A stretch of DNA of 64,000 bases from Mytilus trossulus (Eukaryota): NCBI RefSeq assembly GCF_036588685.1, contig NC_086376.1:45074001-45138000 (forward strand). The letters are read 5' to 3'. Under the pieces are notes generated by a model. That model was not told the DNA's origin and did no database searches. It saw only the letters and a list, made by a program, of their open reading frames with translations. The stretch's first letter is position 1, and each line of letters begins with the position of its first letter. A program made the translations under genes and the position numbers. Positions 11,401 through 22,300 of this stretch are shown piece by piece.

Positions 11401-12129
11401 ACATGTACATATTAAAAGCATAAACAAAACGCCATTATTGCCGCTCTTCCTCTGAAAATTTTAAATATTTTTGTTAACATAACTCGCACATACATTACTC
11501 TTAATGAATAATTTTATACATACCATTATCTGAAGCTGTATCTGGTACCTTATCATCTGTTTTCTTGTCTTTATTCAGATTCTCTCCTTCGTCTGTTGAA
11601 ATTTTTAATATTACAATAAAAAGTTTATTTAATACCTACTTATCTGTGCGTCTAGATGAATATTAGTTTCATTTAAAAAAAAAAACTATATTATAATTTA
11701 AAAACAAAAGATGGAAATACAAATAGTTCTGGTACAAGCATGACTAAACAGACGAGTACGCCTTTAATTTTGTAGTTAACGGTTGTAAATTGCCCGGTTT
11801 TTTTTTTTATTTCATTCATGAAGATAATATGAAAATTTTTAAAAAAAGTGGTATAATTATCCTTATCCTTCAAAGACTTTTAAAAAAACGTATGCTCATT
11901 AACAAAGACCTCTCCTCCATGTACTATTGTGTATTTACTCACCTGTCGTATCTCCAAATGAACTATCCTCTTGTAAATGTGTATAATTATCTCTTACAAT
12001 TTCCATTCTTGTCCAAAATTCTAATTCTTGAGCGGACTTTGCATTTTCCTTAAATTCAATGATAAGCTGCTTTTTTGCAGCCTCTAACTGCTGGAACCGA
12101 GGCTGGAACGGATTATCTATGTCATCCAT
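3461..12129 (-). CDS. Uncharacterised ~325-aa protein with an acidic N-half and Lys/Glu-rich C-half; 5 coding exons; BEL element in an intron
   Basis: Exons 12129-11943 (MDDIDNPFQPRF...GDTT), 11592-11524, 5216-5025, 4473-4418 and 3934-3461 are all GT-AG and phase-compatible (1,1,1,0), giving 978 nt with no internal stop. The 4473 acceptor (GAG) is weak. Confidence 0.6.
4003..4088. repeat. Short tandem repeat (~27-bp unit, cagtatcaagcataaagcatactg-like, 3-4 degenerate copies)
   Basis: Repeated 'aagcataaagcatac' motifs read directly. Confidence 0.6.
5579..5625 (+). repeat. Remnant of the 5' LTR (first 47 bp)
   Basis: Identical to 11199-11245 and immediately follows the TSD ACATT. Confidence 0.88.
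5627..6286 (-). repeat. 660-bp inverted duplication of 10895-11554 (end of pol, 3' UTR, 3' LTR, TSD and ~200 bp of host flank)
   Basis: Reverse-complement match with no mismatch seen by eye. ORF 6128-6382(-) ends in the same residues as the pol C-terminus. Confidence 0.93.
6287..11053 (+). CDS. BEL/Pao Gag-Pol polyprotein, N-terminally truncated
   Basis: Three CCHC knuckles (CIFCSGQHYPTEC, CFNCLGSHRVAAC, CKNCNGMHHTSIC), protease LFDEGAQRSF, RT YVDN, RNase H FVDASQKAYG, integrase HHCC with GVDFTG/SDNA/GGWWER. The ORF begins mid-gag (VTVEGFALTNGNY) at the rearrangement junction, so the track's TTG start is not a real start. Confidence 0.93.
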   Translation, partial: VTVEGFALTNGNYETAVNLLRDRFGQPSKLIHAYMKALMNLPAPTNDAFSLRSYGDRLESYVRGLESLGQTSEMYGSLLVPVVLDKLPIDVRKSIAREHGRDNLMLQNLRKSITKEIEILEAGQGVMEPDKLHTTAFFTGTQPRSHNKGKLTDTRKKVNTHTCIFCSGQHYPTECSEVTDANARNQIVKQKQLCFNCLGSHRVAACKSTKRCKNCNGMHHTSICKGKEVITDTKQEPKIQQTAINVVETSDTTSVLHASQVSPDILLKTATAPVIYNDVKTECNILFDEGAQRSFITQKLADKLEIKTTGKVSIQLSAFGDLSQKVRNLETATIQLQTDTGENVRINTLIVPEIAVPIHNSISHTTKSLPHLRGLKLANSVHSGERFEIDLLIGADYYWEIIEDKIIRGKGPTAVQSKIGYLLSGPTIGNISQHSRSTVLLNVISSHQLEETEIEKFWTLESIGINTCENKENNNYLQTYQNTAIDYENGKYTAKLPWKVDHPDLPSNMAIAKGRTDNIIRRLNREPDLLQKYSEIINEQEKRGFIERVPDMEDDNNNHMIHYIPHHPVKKDSETTPIRIVYDCSCKPQQDLASLNDCLMSTPPNLNDLTKILMRFRIGKYGISTDIEKAFLQIGLDKKDRDATRFFWLADPDDPRSNLTTYRFKSILFGATCSPFILNATLLKHLDENENSITQTMKRDLYVDNILSSVETYDEAIAYFKDARNVMSKGGFNLRSWSSNCSDLTEIAKNENLAEKNITVKILGMIWNTEKDTISFHKVNVTDIKEPNITKREILSQSSRIYDPMGLLSPVSVRAKILMQDLWKDKLEWDEPLPLNVQQQWMELARDLEFSTNTELPRQILTKSTDEPKQLHVFVDASQKAYGSAVYITNGQQSTLVFAKSRVAPIKTLTLPQLELMAAVIGARIATHVKSALSINKVTYWSDSQIVLHWLTTTKHLKKFLHNRITEIKSLTQDSEWKYCPTNDNPADLLTRGISASQLADAKLWFNGPEWINCSKSWPQWTPNTCILLTNIDQEENVTNTIEGNNTHGIHCILDIMRYSTLTKILRVSSWIYRFIANCRKSRSQRIQSKFITCEELQAATEKWIISAQRISFDKEIRTLKSQSNTPNTLIRQLRLYIDEKEIIRCRGRIHNAPISENSRFPCLLPNNYHFTELLISEVHKNLKHSGVLATVTEIRQNYWIPKIRQQVKKVLRKCVTCRKVTGKPYSAPDPPPLPKTRLMEAPPFTVTGVDFTGALYVKDNNGQGSKVFICLFTCASTRAVHLEVVTDLKERSFLQAFRRFTSRKSLPRVMISDNASTYMAASETLERLTKSETLNDALSVCGTTWKFIIKRAPWYGGWWERLIGLTKMCLRKVLGRSYITLEDLQTIVTEIEAVLNDRPLTYVSTDIEDQEPLTPSHLLYGRRITTTPYPRQDIDENTSFIERSDISKRAELQNFVIDQFWSRWKSEYLTSLREYHTRTGDNDQTIKVGDVVQIHEDKYPRNKWTIGVVDSLITGNDGLTRAAEVRTKSGRFSRPIVKLYPLEICDNIHPKETRETQQPGTSNIQRRLPFREAAVCARRNIHEWTKK
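11199..11348 (+). repeat. 3' LTR (150 bp)
   Basis: TG...CA ends, preceded by cggcccccagaa at the PPT position, ATTAAA signal at about 11300, followed by TSD ACATT. Contains the hairpin CGTTATGGTAAC-GTT-GTTACCATAACG. Confidence 0.85.
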
Positions 12130-12761
12130 ATCTAAAATAAAGGTTTAACATGTGTGAATTAAATAAAAGGAGGTGATGAAAAATATATAGACAACTGGAA
12201 CAGGATTCCTACCTTTTACACTATTGTTTTTAAGTTCCGTATTGGTTATTGTGTTGGGAATCGTGTAAAGGCTTTATACAACGAATGCGCACGCTGCATG
12301 GATAACGTATTATAAAGCGCAATGCACAACGCTGAAATCAATTCGTGTGATTTCCCCGACTGTTTAACAATTATTGCTTTCATGGCTTTACTTTCTTATA
12401 ATGCAATTAAATATTGACTAATTTTGCGTTAAAAAAGATCTATTAATCTTGTACGGACAACACTAAAATGTTGACAGTACAAATACACTAAAATATTAAC
12501 AGAACAAAAAAACAACAACTATAAGCTCAATCTTTTTGTGCAGTTTACTTTAAGCACACAATTTGTTTTCAAAGTAAAATCATATTAAAATCAGAATTTC
12601 GTAAATTCTCCTTTCCGTCGCATTTATACAGAACCATGAGAATGCTTAATGTGATGAAAATATTTTTTTCAAGAATAAATTAATATCCATAAACTTTAAC
12701 TTATTTACATATTTCATACAGTAAAATCGAGAGAGAAAATAATTTTCATTTGTTTTCTTAC

Positions 12762-12935
12762 CTTACCGTCGGATAATTTCTCTCTCTTTAATTCTATTTT
12801 ATAAACAAGAATGAACGCTTCTTCGATTGTCTAAAAAATAGCTGTGTATCGATGAGATTTTTTCCTCAACGACGATCTGTAGTTAGCGATCCTAACTGTG
12901 ACGTCTTCATCAGCGATACCTTGACTTCCGTTTTA
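12762..12935 (-). promoter_or_regulatory. Probable non-coding first exon/promoter of the minus-strand gene
   Basis: Tandem donor sites (GACG|gtaag|gtaaga) at about 12761-12766. Locally CpG-richer, with an ETS-like CGGAAGT at about 12924-12930. Confidence 0.4.
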
Positions 12936-13270
12936 TATTCCAAATAACGAATAACTGCGCGCCATGGACAGTTATAATAAGGGATAAAAAAAAAACCTGT
13001 TTAATACCTAGATGTATTTCAAAATGTAAAAATTAATAAATAAAGATGCAGAGTAAACGACAGTGAGACAGCATCTCAACAACAAAAATACCCCTAACAC
13101 ACCGAAAACCTACAATAAGCAAATGTCTATACATTTCATTTTACAAATACAGTTAATATATATATTTTTTGTAAAAATTATTCTAAACAAAAAGGGACGT
13201 TATTTCAAACGTATTTGGCGATGTACAAAAAAAAACACGACAAAGCCATACCAGGCTTATAATTGTGTAT

Positions 13271-13310
13271 GCCGCGCGTTTCGTCTTCATAAGACTCATC
13301 AGTGATTCTC
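13271..13310 (-). ncRNA. Degenerate minimal type I hammerhead ribozyme (retrozyme repeat)
   Basis: Minus strand: CTGATGA-GTC-ttatgaa-GAC-GAAA-CGCGCG. The GUC cleavage site is lost. Confidence 0.65.
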
Positions 13311-13455
13311 ATTTAAAATCAGTAGGTAAAGTTGTGTAATATTGAACTGAGGAGGTATGGTATGGTTGTCAATAATACAACAATCTTCAAAAGATTTAGG
13401 AAAGCATATGTTAACCAATTTAGGAAAGTGTATTGCCTCAACAGTAAGGAAGAAA

Positions 13456-13545
13456 TAGATATAGGAAGATGTGGTGTGAGTGCCAATGAGACAACTCTCC
13501 ATCCAAATAACAATTTAAAAATTAAACCATTATAGGTTAAAATAC
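13456..13545 (-). repeat. Copy of an abundant short dispersed repeat (other copies at about 1530-1572, 17897-18010, 39200-39362, 40985-41065, 60080-60130, 62175-62295)
   Basis: Shared 'ggagagttgtctcattggca.tca.accacatcttc' core in both orientations. Confidence 0.75.
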
Positions 13546-13802
13546 ACACATGTAGTAAGCAATGAAAAAACAGTACGACAAAATGTGAAACAATTCTCTA
13601 AAGAGAGAAATTAAAAAAAAAATAAAGACACACAACAACAAACGACAACCACTGACTACAGACTAGAGACAAGAGTATGCATAATGTAGTGGTTTAACAT
13701 GTGTGTTAGCGCATGGAACAGTGGTGTAAAAGGGCGACAGAAGAACAACAATAAATATATAATTACCCAGACGAGGCACCCTCTTTATCAATACAAGATT
13801 AA

Positions 13803-16800
13803 AATATATATATATATATATATCTTTATTCTGACAAACCTTCGTAAATACAATGGTATACAGAAGTTACATGATTGTAATAAATAACACAGTTATAAAT
13901 TAATAACACAGTTATAAATTAGAGAAAACATAATATGTACACTATTTACAAATACATGTATAAGTTGAGTTTAGCCAGGAGAACACACACATGAATTAAT
14001 ATGCCTTATAAATGTACATAGCTTTTTTAAATATGATTGTTTTTTCATATTCATTATTTCCTTAAATTTAATTATATTTGGATAATCAATATACTTTTTA
14101 GCGATATACTTTTGTCTTTCTATAGCCATAAATTTACACTTCATTACATAGTGGAATTCATCTCCAAGATCTTTTAAGTCACATAGTTCGCATATTCTTT
14201 TATCTCTCTGAATTTTTTTCCATCTTCCACTTTCAATAGGTAATCTGTGGTTAATGAGTCTAAATTGACACAAAGTATAAATATCACGGGGTTCCAAAAT
14301 GTCTAAATACTTTTCGAATCCGAAAAGTTCCTTAAAAAGGCGATAATTTAATGTTTTTGAGCTCGTTTGAATATCTGGGTACCATGTTTGTTTAAATTAG
14401 AGATGTTCTTACAACAGTCTTTAACCAAATTTCATTTACACAAGTTTGAGATAACCATACATAAGATAAACCAGTTTCATTAAGGATAAATTCTATACAT
14501 TTCATCCAATAAAGTTTAACATTATTTCCATGATATAAACTAAACATTAATTTGTATGCAATTGCTGATAATTTACTGGGTTTGCTAAAAATCAGTTTCG
14601 CCCAGTATGAAATCATGCGAACCTTGATATCTAAACTAATAGGATAACGTCCTAATTCTCCATATATAACACAATTCGGGGTAGAAGATTTAAGATGTAG
14701 TAGAAGTTTACAAAATTTCAAATGAACCCTTTCTAATATATCATTATTTCCAAATCCCAAAAATTCACAGCCATAAAGTAAAACAGGTTTTACCAATTTA
14801 TCAAATAAATCTAATTGACAGCTTATGGATAAGCCATGCTTTCTCCCCTTTTTGATAACTTCATACATGGCTCTCGTCGCCTTTTCTGCGAGATGCTTCT
14901 TGTTTGCTTTAAATGAGCCATTTTTTGAAAAATAAATCCCAAGATAATTAAACTCATTTACAATTTCTAAATCAGTATTACCATAATTAAATTTAAGATC
15001 AGCAGGTTGTCTACCATTGCAAAAAAATCATGATTTTAGTCTTATCTACATTGACTTTCATTTTCCAAACATCACAATATGATTCGAATTTTTCTAATAA
15101 CAAATTAAGTTCTGTGGCTGATTCAGCCATTAATACAGTATCGTCTGCGTAAAGAATTGCAAACAGTTTAACATATTGTAACGGCCGCGGCCTGTCCCGT
15201 GGGGAGATTCAAGTTTAGGAGGGATATTTTTATTTTAAAATATTTTCATTATCAAGTACAAAAATACTGAATGTGATCACCGGTGAAATGGCACAGGACC
15301 CACCACTTCTTTTTCACGTTATTACAGTTATAAACATATTGAATTATTATTAAATGTGCTTCTTACCTTTACTCAATACTAGTTGGCATTTTCGTGGTAG
15401 TTTAACATATATTTTTAGGGGTTTATAAGGTATTGTGCAGCGTTAATGTTGCACGACACAGTCTGTTATGTTATATTGTCGTCAGCCATTATTGTTGACG
15501 TTATTGTATTGCATCTTGGGACAGCGCAGGTGGCATGACGTCACAGACGTTACCATGCTATTGGCGTTATGTCTTTAATGAACTTTGTGTCGCACCGTGT
15601 CGTACTCATTATAAATACGGAAGTTCGCATCTCTCGGGTTCAGTCTTGTCTTTTCTGGGCACCATATCCAAATAATATAAAGTCACCATTTGCACAATAA
15701 TATTGTCGTATTGTCGTTAAGGTGGGCACAATTAACATTAGTGTCGAAAGTAATTTCGATTCATTTTATCTATAACAATTCATTTATCCTCCTAAAGAAA
15801 ACAGTTAGCTTTTATTAAAGATAATATATTGTTTTAACTGTGTCTCGACACGACACGGTCCCGACACTGCTAGAGTATAATTTCTAGGAAATAGATGAAA
15901 TCCCTTTGAGAAGAATAGTAAAGATACACGAAATTTATTATCGAGTTACACAATTGAAATTAAGTCTCAACTACAAGATAATATTTATTATCATTTATTG
16001 AAGGCCAACGGGGTTTTTCATTGACACATATAGAATCAATTCAAAGTACGACACGCTAGTGACACAATTTAGAGCTATCATTTTGAATATTTATTACTGA
16101 ATCAGTATAAAGTAGATTGACACTCACAGAGACAATAAACTGTTAATTATACGAACAATCATAATATCAAACATTGTTTATTGAAGAATATAATTTTATT
16201 GTTAGAATTATTGTGTACTATTTGTGCTAATACCCTTGTGTCTATCATATTTTGATACCAGAGCTAACTACCACGAATGCCAGTAATACCCATATATTAA
16301 TTCCCCTTTTTCTCACTTGAGTTTTAGGTGCACCACATATTACTAGAGCAGCCAATAGTGTTTTAATTGTATATAATATACTTATTTATATAGATATTGT
16401 TCAGCCTGTATAAACCATAATTATTTTGGTTAATAAATCATTAACTTTATTCAGTATCATTCTATAAAAGCCATACAAGACTCAAACTCGGTACTGATTA
16501 CAGATTCGTAGGTTGCTACGCAAACACATACAAATATAGTAGCAATCCTCTGAGTACGTAACCTACGACCTGTTTTCAGGTATATAAAATTACCAGACAC
16601 ACAACGTTTATAAGAAAGTCGTCCGTCACCGGAAGTTGGAACCCTCAGCCCGCTACAATATATATCTAGTTCGTCTTCTAGGGCATCTGATATAGTTTTT
16701 AAGCCTATCAAATTCCCTTTACAAAAGTAAAATCTTCCAAATCGTTCAAAAAAAGCGAAAAAAGAAAAGGGGATAAATTCTCCCCTTGGCGTAGAACAAT

Positions 16801-17890
16801 GTTACTTGGAAAATAATCAGATTTTTCACCATTGTATGACAGGCATGATTTTATATCAGCATACATGTTATGAATAATCTTATACATATAACCATTAATA
16901 TCATTTACTAACATCTTATACCATAAAGCATCTCTAGTCACTGTGTCAAATGCTTTCTCAAAATCGACAAAAGCACAGAACATTTTTTTCTTTTTTAATT
17001 TCAAAATTTCAAAAAAAGAGTGTAATGTAAAGATACAATCACAAGTTGAGTAACCATTTCGAAATCCACACTGATTTTCATTGAGTAGTAAAACTTCATC
17101 AGAGAATTTTGCAAGTCTATTACTTAAAATAGCTGTAAATAATTTACCCATACAACTTACAATAGTAATGGGTCTATAGTTTTTAGGATCAAACTTATTG
17201 CCTTTGTTTTTATAAAATGGCTTAATCGTTCCAATCACCCAAGATACTGGTACTATTCCAGTTCTAAAAATCAGGTTAAACAATGCAGCATAAACATCAA
17301 TAAAAAAATCACCAGAAGTCTTAATATATTCGTTAATAATCATATCATCACCACAAGCTTTGTTATTTTTTAAATTCTTAATACATTTTAATATTTCTTC
17401 TTTCGTAATTGGACTATTCAAATTATCATTCAGTTCACTCATCAAATTTGTATCATTTGTTGGCAAGTCAATTGGATCTGAGTTACCTGAGTTTAGCTCT
17501 TTGAAAAAGTTGAGTAAATCCTCAAAATCAATATTCGGTTGTTTTGAATGTTCGCGTTGGTTCAAAATTTTCCAATACTCTTTGGTGTTTTGAGATCTAA
17601 GATTTTTTAATTTTCGAGCCATATCTTTTTTATGTTTTTTAATAGCCTTGTCCATGACCTTTTTATATCTTTTCTCAGATTCTTTGACTTTATTAGATAA
17701 TAAAGGCGAAGGCCTCGCCTTAAGCTTGCGCTTAAATTTCCTATAATTCTGTCTCTCAAATTTACACTCAAGGTAAAACAAATTAATTATTTACAATTTT
17801 TTGATAAATTATGATCAAATTAGCATCAATATCTTTATTTGTTTTTCCGATGGATCTTGGTAAACGTTAATTATATTATTTAAAAGAAAC
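13803..17890 (-). mobile_element. 5'-truncated, frameshifted non-LTR retrotransposon (LINE), split by a solo LTR
   Basis: ORF pieces 17781-16708 (NYRPITIVS, FVDFEKAFD, RQGENLSPFLF), YADD at about 15150, 14868-14392 and 14297-13971 (C-terminal CxxC...DEFH motif). The 3' end has AATAAA followed by a (TA)n tail at about 13803-13830. Confidence 0.9.
15177..16657 (+). mobile_element. Solo LTR, 1481 bp, Gypsy-like
   Basis: TGTAACGG...CCGCTACA terminal inverted repeats and 4-bp TSD ATAT (15173-15176, 16658-16661). Removing it restores the LINE RT reading ...DELDIY|VKLFAILYADD. The TATA box (~15611) and AATAAA signals are on the plus strand. Confidence 0.88.
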
Positions 17891-18429
17891 ATATATATAG
17901 ATATAGGAAGATGTGGTGTGAGTGCCAATGAGACAATTCTCCATCCAAATAACAATTTAAAAAGTAAACCATTATAGGTTAAAGTACGGTCTTCAACAAG
18001 GAGCCTTGGCTTATACAACTTAATAATTTGGAAATTTTCATAATTGGATATAACAATCAAGAAAGTTACGTTGCCATAGAATTAACACAGTTATGGTTTA
18101 AACTAGCCAGGTATGGCATTTTTTATTTGCAATGTGGACTCTTTAGAATAAATCTGAATTGAATATAAAAAATACTCTATAATTCCTGAAAAAAATATCA
18201 GGAAATTTGTAACTGATTAAATCTTAAAATTTCAGTGACAATGAAAAATTCTAAAACTCACTAGTAATTTTTAGGGATTATATATAAAATTTTACGAATT
18301 ATTTTATCAGAATTCTGGGAAAATAAAGTTTCTACATAATGACTGATTATACAAATTCTCTATAACATATATATACATATTTTTAGTATACTAGGGGTAG
18401 TAGTTCCCAAGGTCAATAAACTCATTATG

Positions 18430-18900
18430 GCGTCTATAAAACTCTCAACTGATGATTACTTTTAATTCACCAGATGTGATTAAAAAAACAACTTGTTATT
18501 GGTAAATGTACGGGAAAACTTGTTTCCGAATCACGTTGTATTACTGTTTATGTATGTGTATGTGTCATATAGGACCGACCTATATCTGATGTCTATAGTT
18601 TGATGTAAACCACAGCATGACAAGGCTTGATAGTATTCGGCAAAACTTGTTGAAATTTTTTGGTCCTCAGCATGCCAAGAAATTGCCTCCGTTGAAATTC
18701 TGACTTGAAACACACCATAGAGCAAATTACATGGATGATAAGTATCATGACCATTTGGCATATGGATGTGTTCTAAGCGACACGTATATATGAAGGTCAG
18801 ACATTAATTTGTTGAATGAAATCAAATCTTCAAATACTAATGGGTGCCGTAGGAGGTCGACGAGAATTTTTAGCGATGATTTCTTGGCATGATAGCTTTC
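18430..18900 (-). pseudogene. Highly degraded LINE endonuclease (APE)-like relic
   Basis: Fragments RRPP...CGLHQTID resemble the YRPP and L.Q.I..PT segments of APE domains. Many disruptions. Confidence 0.3.
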
Positions 18901-19301
18901 AAATCATTTACAATAACAGTAATGAAAACATAATCAACCTAGTTCAAGTTTCAGGGGCGGGTCCATTCATTTTAAAAGGGGGTTCCTAACCCAGAACAAG
19001 GTGGTCCAATATATGTTAAAGGCCATTGTTTACTGTTCACCTTTTACATAATAATAGAATTCACAAACATTTATGTTTTACAATTAATGTGGTCATGTAC
19101 CTTTTGCCATTTTAGATCTTTCTCGTTCTAATTTTACACCTTCAGTTTTCGGTTTTAAGCTACCGCTGCAGTTCCGTTTTTGATTTTAATATTACTATGT
19201 GTGGTTCACTTCCGTCAAAAAATATCACAATCTTCTTTGCTTTGGAAATATTTCTAAAGAGATTGTAATTTCATTTAAAGGAGATCCATTTTGGGCATTA
19301 A

Positions 19302-22300
19302 ATGTCTCTCGTCGCATACTATACTTCTAGTGACAATGACAGTGAAGACGAGACGGATGTCAAACACCATAAAAACAGCACCAATGGCAATGGGGAATCT
19401 GTAGTACAAACAACAACAAATGTTTCCTTAGAAAAAACGACGAAATCTGAAAATGAAAGGCCACACAAGACCCAAGAGTTTCAAAGTTTGATACATGATG
19501 TTGATGATTCTGTTAATTCCCTCTTAAAAAGTATGTCCATGTGTCTACTTCATTATTTTTTTTTTCTCATAATTTCTTCAAATAATTCAGTGTTCTCCCA
19601 AGGCTGTTTTATCATCACGGTACCATGAAGCAAATTATGTATTTTTCCTGTGATGCAATAAATAATTCCGTTATGCTATAATTGTTTTGAGGATGGAATT
19701 TTTCCTTTCATGTTACTACAGTACTAAACATTTGTACATAATACATTTCCATAAAAGTTAAAACCAATGTTCATATTTTAAATTTTGATCTACATGTTTG
19801 TATACTGCTTGTGATCATAAAAATTGTATCGCCTAAAATCACATACCTTTAAGTCGGACTATAGAGGCAATTGCCCTTAGGGTGATATCTGTTACGATAT
19901 GATAAAAAAAATTACAGACTTGTATGCACTGATTGCAAACTTTGACAAAACTACAAGTCAAATAACCATGAAAATATGATTTTCCTTAATCCACAAAAAT
20001 TGGTATTCACATCAGTGAATGAACCCATACTATATTATGATTAATCGTACTTCCTTCTTTAACATTAACAGATTTACCTGCACCAAAAACAGTGACACAA
20101 TCTGATAGAAAACAAGATGATTATCTTGAAGATGCAGTCAAAGCAAAACCATCACAGATAGCAGATGCACCGAAACCTCCATCAAAAACTAGAAAGCCGG
20201 TGAAAATATCTATCCCTACCATTGATTCGGTAAGATTATTTCTTTATATTTCAATTTAAGTTTGGAATATGCATGATTGTAAAACTCTTAAAGGGAAGTC
20301 ACTTAGTGAGTTTGGCAGTTTTCTATGAAGAAATTTTTCAATCTGTAAATACATGAAATAGTGATGGATGATTTCAATTTTTTATAAAGTCAGAACAATT
20401 GGGTGTCATAATTTATATTTCTTTCTTTCAAGCGGACATTTACATGTGCATCCAACATGCATTTTGTCTTAACCAAGGGAGCATGTTAAAAATAGTCAGA
20501 TACATTAGATTAAGATATGTGATATTTATTATGAGTAAGCAACCAAACAATAAAAAAGAAGCATAAAGGCATCTACAGATCAACATATGCATGGTATGCA
20601 ACAATAGACATATGCCCATACGGGTAATCAAGCTCTAAATTACACAAACTTCTTACATAAAGTTTGATTTTTAGTCATATTGTATGGAATTTTCATGTTC
20701 AAATTCTTCTTTTTTGCCATTTACATTTGTACTTATTTATCAATTTTGTTTAAGGGCTCATATAGTAGACATTTGAATATGATTCTCATGAATTTGTCAG
20801 GTGTTTATTAATTAAGTGTGCTAAAATCAGCAAAAAGATACATGTATGTATTTTTTAATTTTCAGGATTCAGATGATGAAAAGGAACCAAGAAAAAAGAA
20901 ACAGAAAATAGGTCCTCAGACAGTAGGTTATTGATTTACTATGAAAGAGAGGTCGTGTCAAGGGGACGACAGTAACCAAACTATGCAAACATGAAATCAA
21001 TAGACTTTGTCTGGCTGAGGGAGACAAATTCTGTTTGAATGTAGAAAAAGTACCAATTTAACTTTTTGCATTACAAAAAAATTTCATTAAAAGAATACTG
21101 TGACATAACTATTCAAATCATAAATGTTCATTTGGTAACTATTTTTATATATATATATACATCTTTAAAAAAAAACTTTACTAAGAAAATGTTCATTCAC
21201 GGTAAACATATTTGCAGATGATAATCTCATTTGCTGTGGAGAAGGATTTCATGACTTGACGACATTTTTACATACCATGAAAAGCAGTTAAGTTTAAGGA
21301 TTACAATCTCTTATCACTACAGTTTTCAATTGAGGTAATCAATAAATGTTGATGAAGTTCATTTTAGTTTTGTCAAATGCTGGTTGGGGCATGTGTTACC
21401 AACTTTTTATGTGTTTTTACACATGTATAAGAGATCCAACAGTAAATTTTAATAACCTTGTTAAATTTATATTGATTTGGTGATATCTATTTAATCACAT
21501 AATTAATATCATTACAGGGCAAAACAGGATTGACAGCAAGCTTACCTCCTCCTATTCATTCTTCAAGAAAAGAATCTGGTAGAACATTATTACCCTATGT
21601 ATTCACGAAGAAGAAACAAACAGACTCTAAGCCAGTGAAAAACAGTACTAACAACAGTGTGAAATCATCGACTGTTTCTAAACCTGATACTACATCATCT
21701 AAGACTTTAAATATTGCCACGTATGGTAGTGAAAGTGATGATAGTGGAAATGAAGATGACTCATCAAATTTCTTTTCTCTAGGTTCAGTTGAACAGACAG
21801 TTAAACCTGCTGAATCATCAAATTTTTTCTCATTAGATACTCAAATTCAGCCCATAAGATCTGGTGTGCAACCAACTATGCATTCAACTTTACCTAAAGT
21901 AAATTTAAATCTTCCTCCTCCAATTAAATCTGTTGAAACAAAAGTGACAATAGAGACTAACCAATCAGATCTATCGACACAACATACAAGTTTGAAGAGA
22001 GGTATTACTGGGAATGATTCCTCTATTGGGGAAAGTTCTAAAAATCAAGACAAGCCATCAAATATGAGCTCTACCATGGAAAATGCACCATTGTCTTTTA
22101 AATCTACAATGAAAAGACCTTATAGAAATTTTCAAAGTTTTCATACTCCAGAAAGTTCTTACCAACCAGGAAATTATGAAACAGACACAGTAGGTCCTAC
22201 TATCTGTGAACAGAACGCTGAGGTAATGGTTTATTTTGGTCAGAGTTATTTTCATGTTGGGCAAGTACATTTTAATTTCATAGTGCTTCAGATGAATGGG

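Noticed and set aside
5627-11554. DIRS-like element with inverted LTRs, or a DNA transposon with 660-bp TIRs
   Set aside because: It encodes a DDE integrase and no tyrosine recombinase. The true ends and TSD are at 5579/11348, and the inverted arm includes host exon sequence.
16457-16711. 84-aa ORF
   Set aside because: It is LINE RT sequence reading through into the solo LTR.
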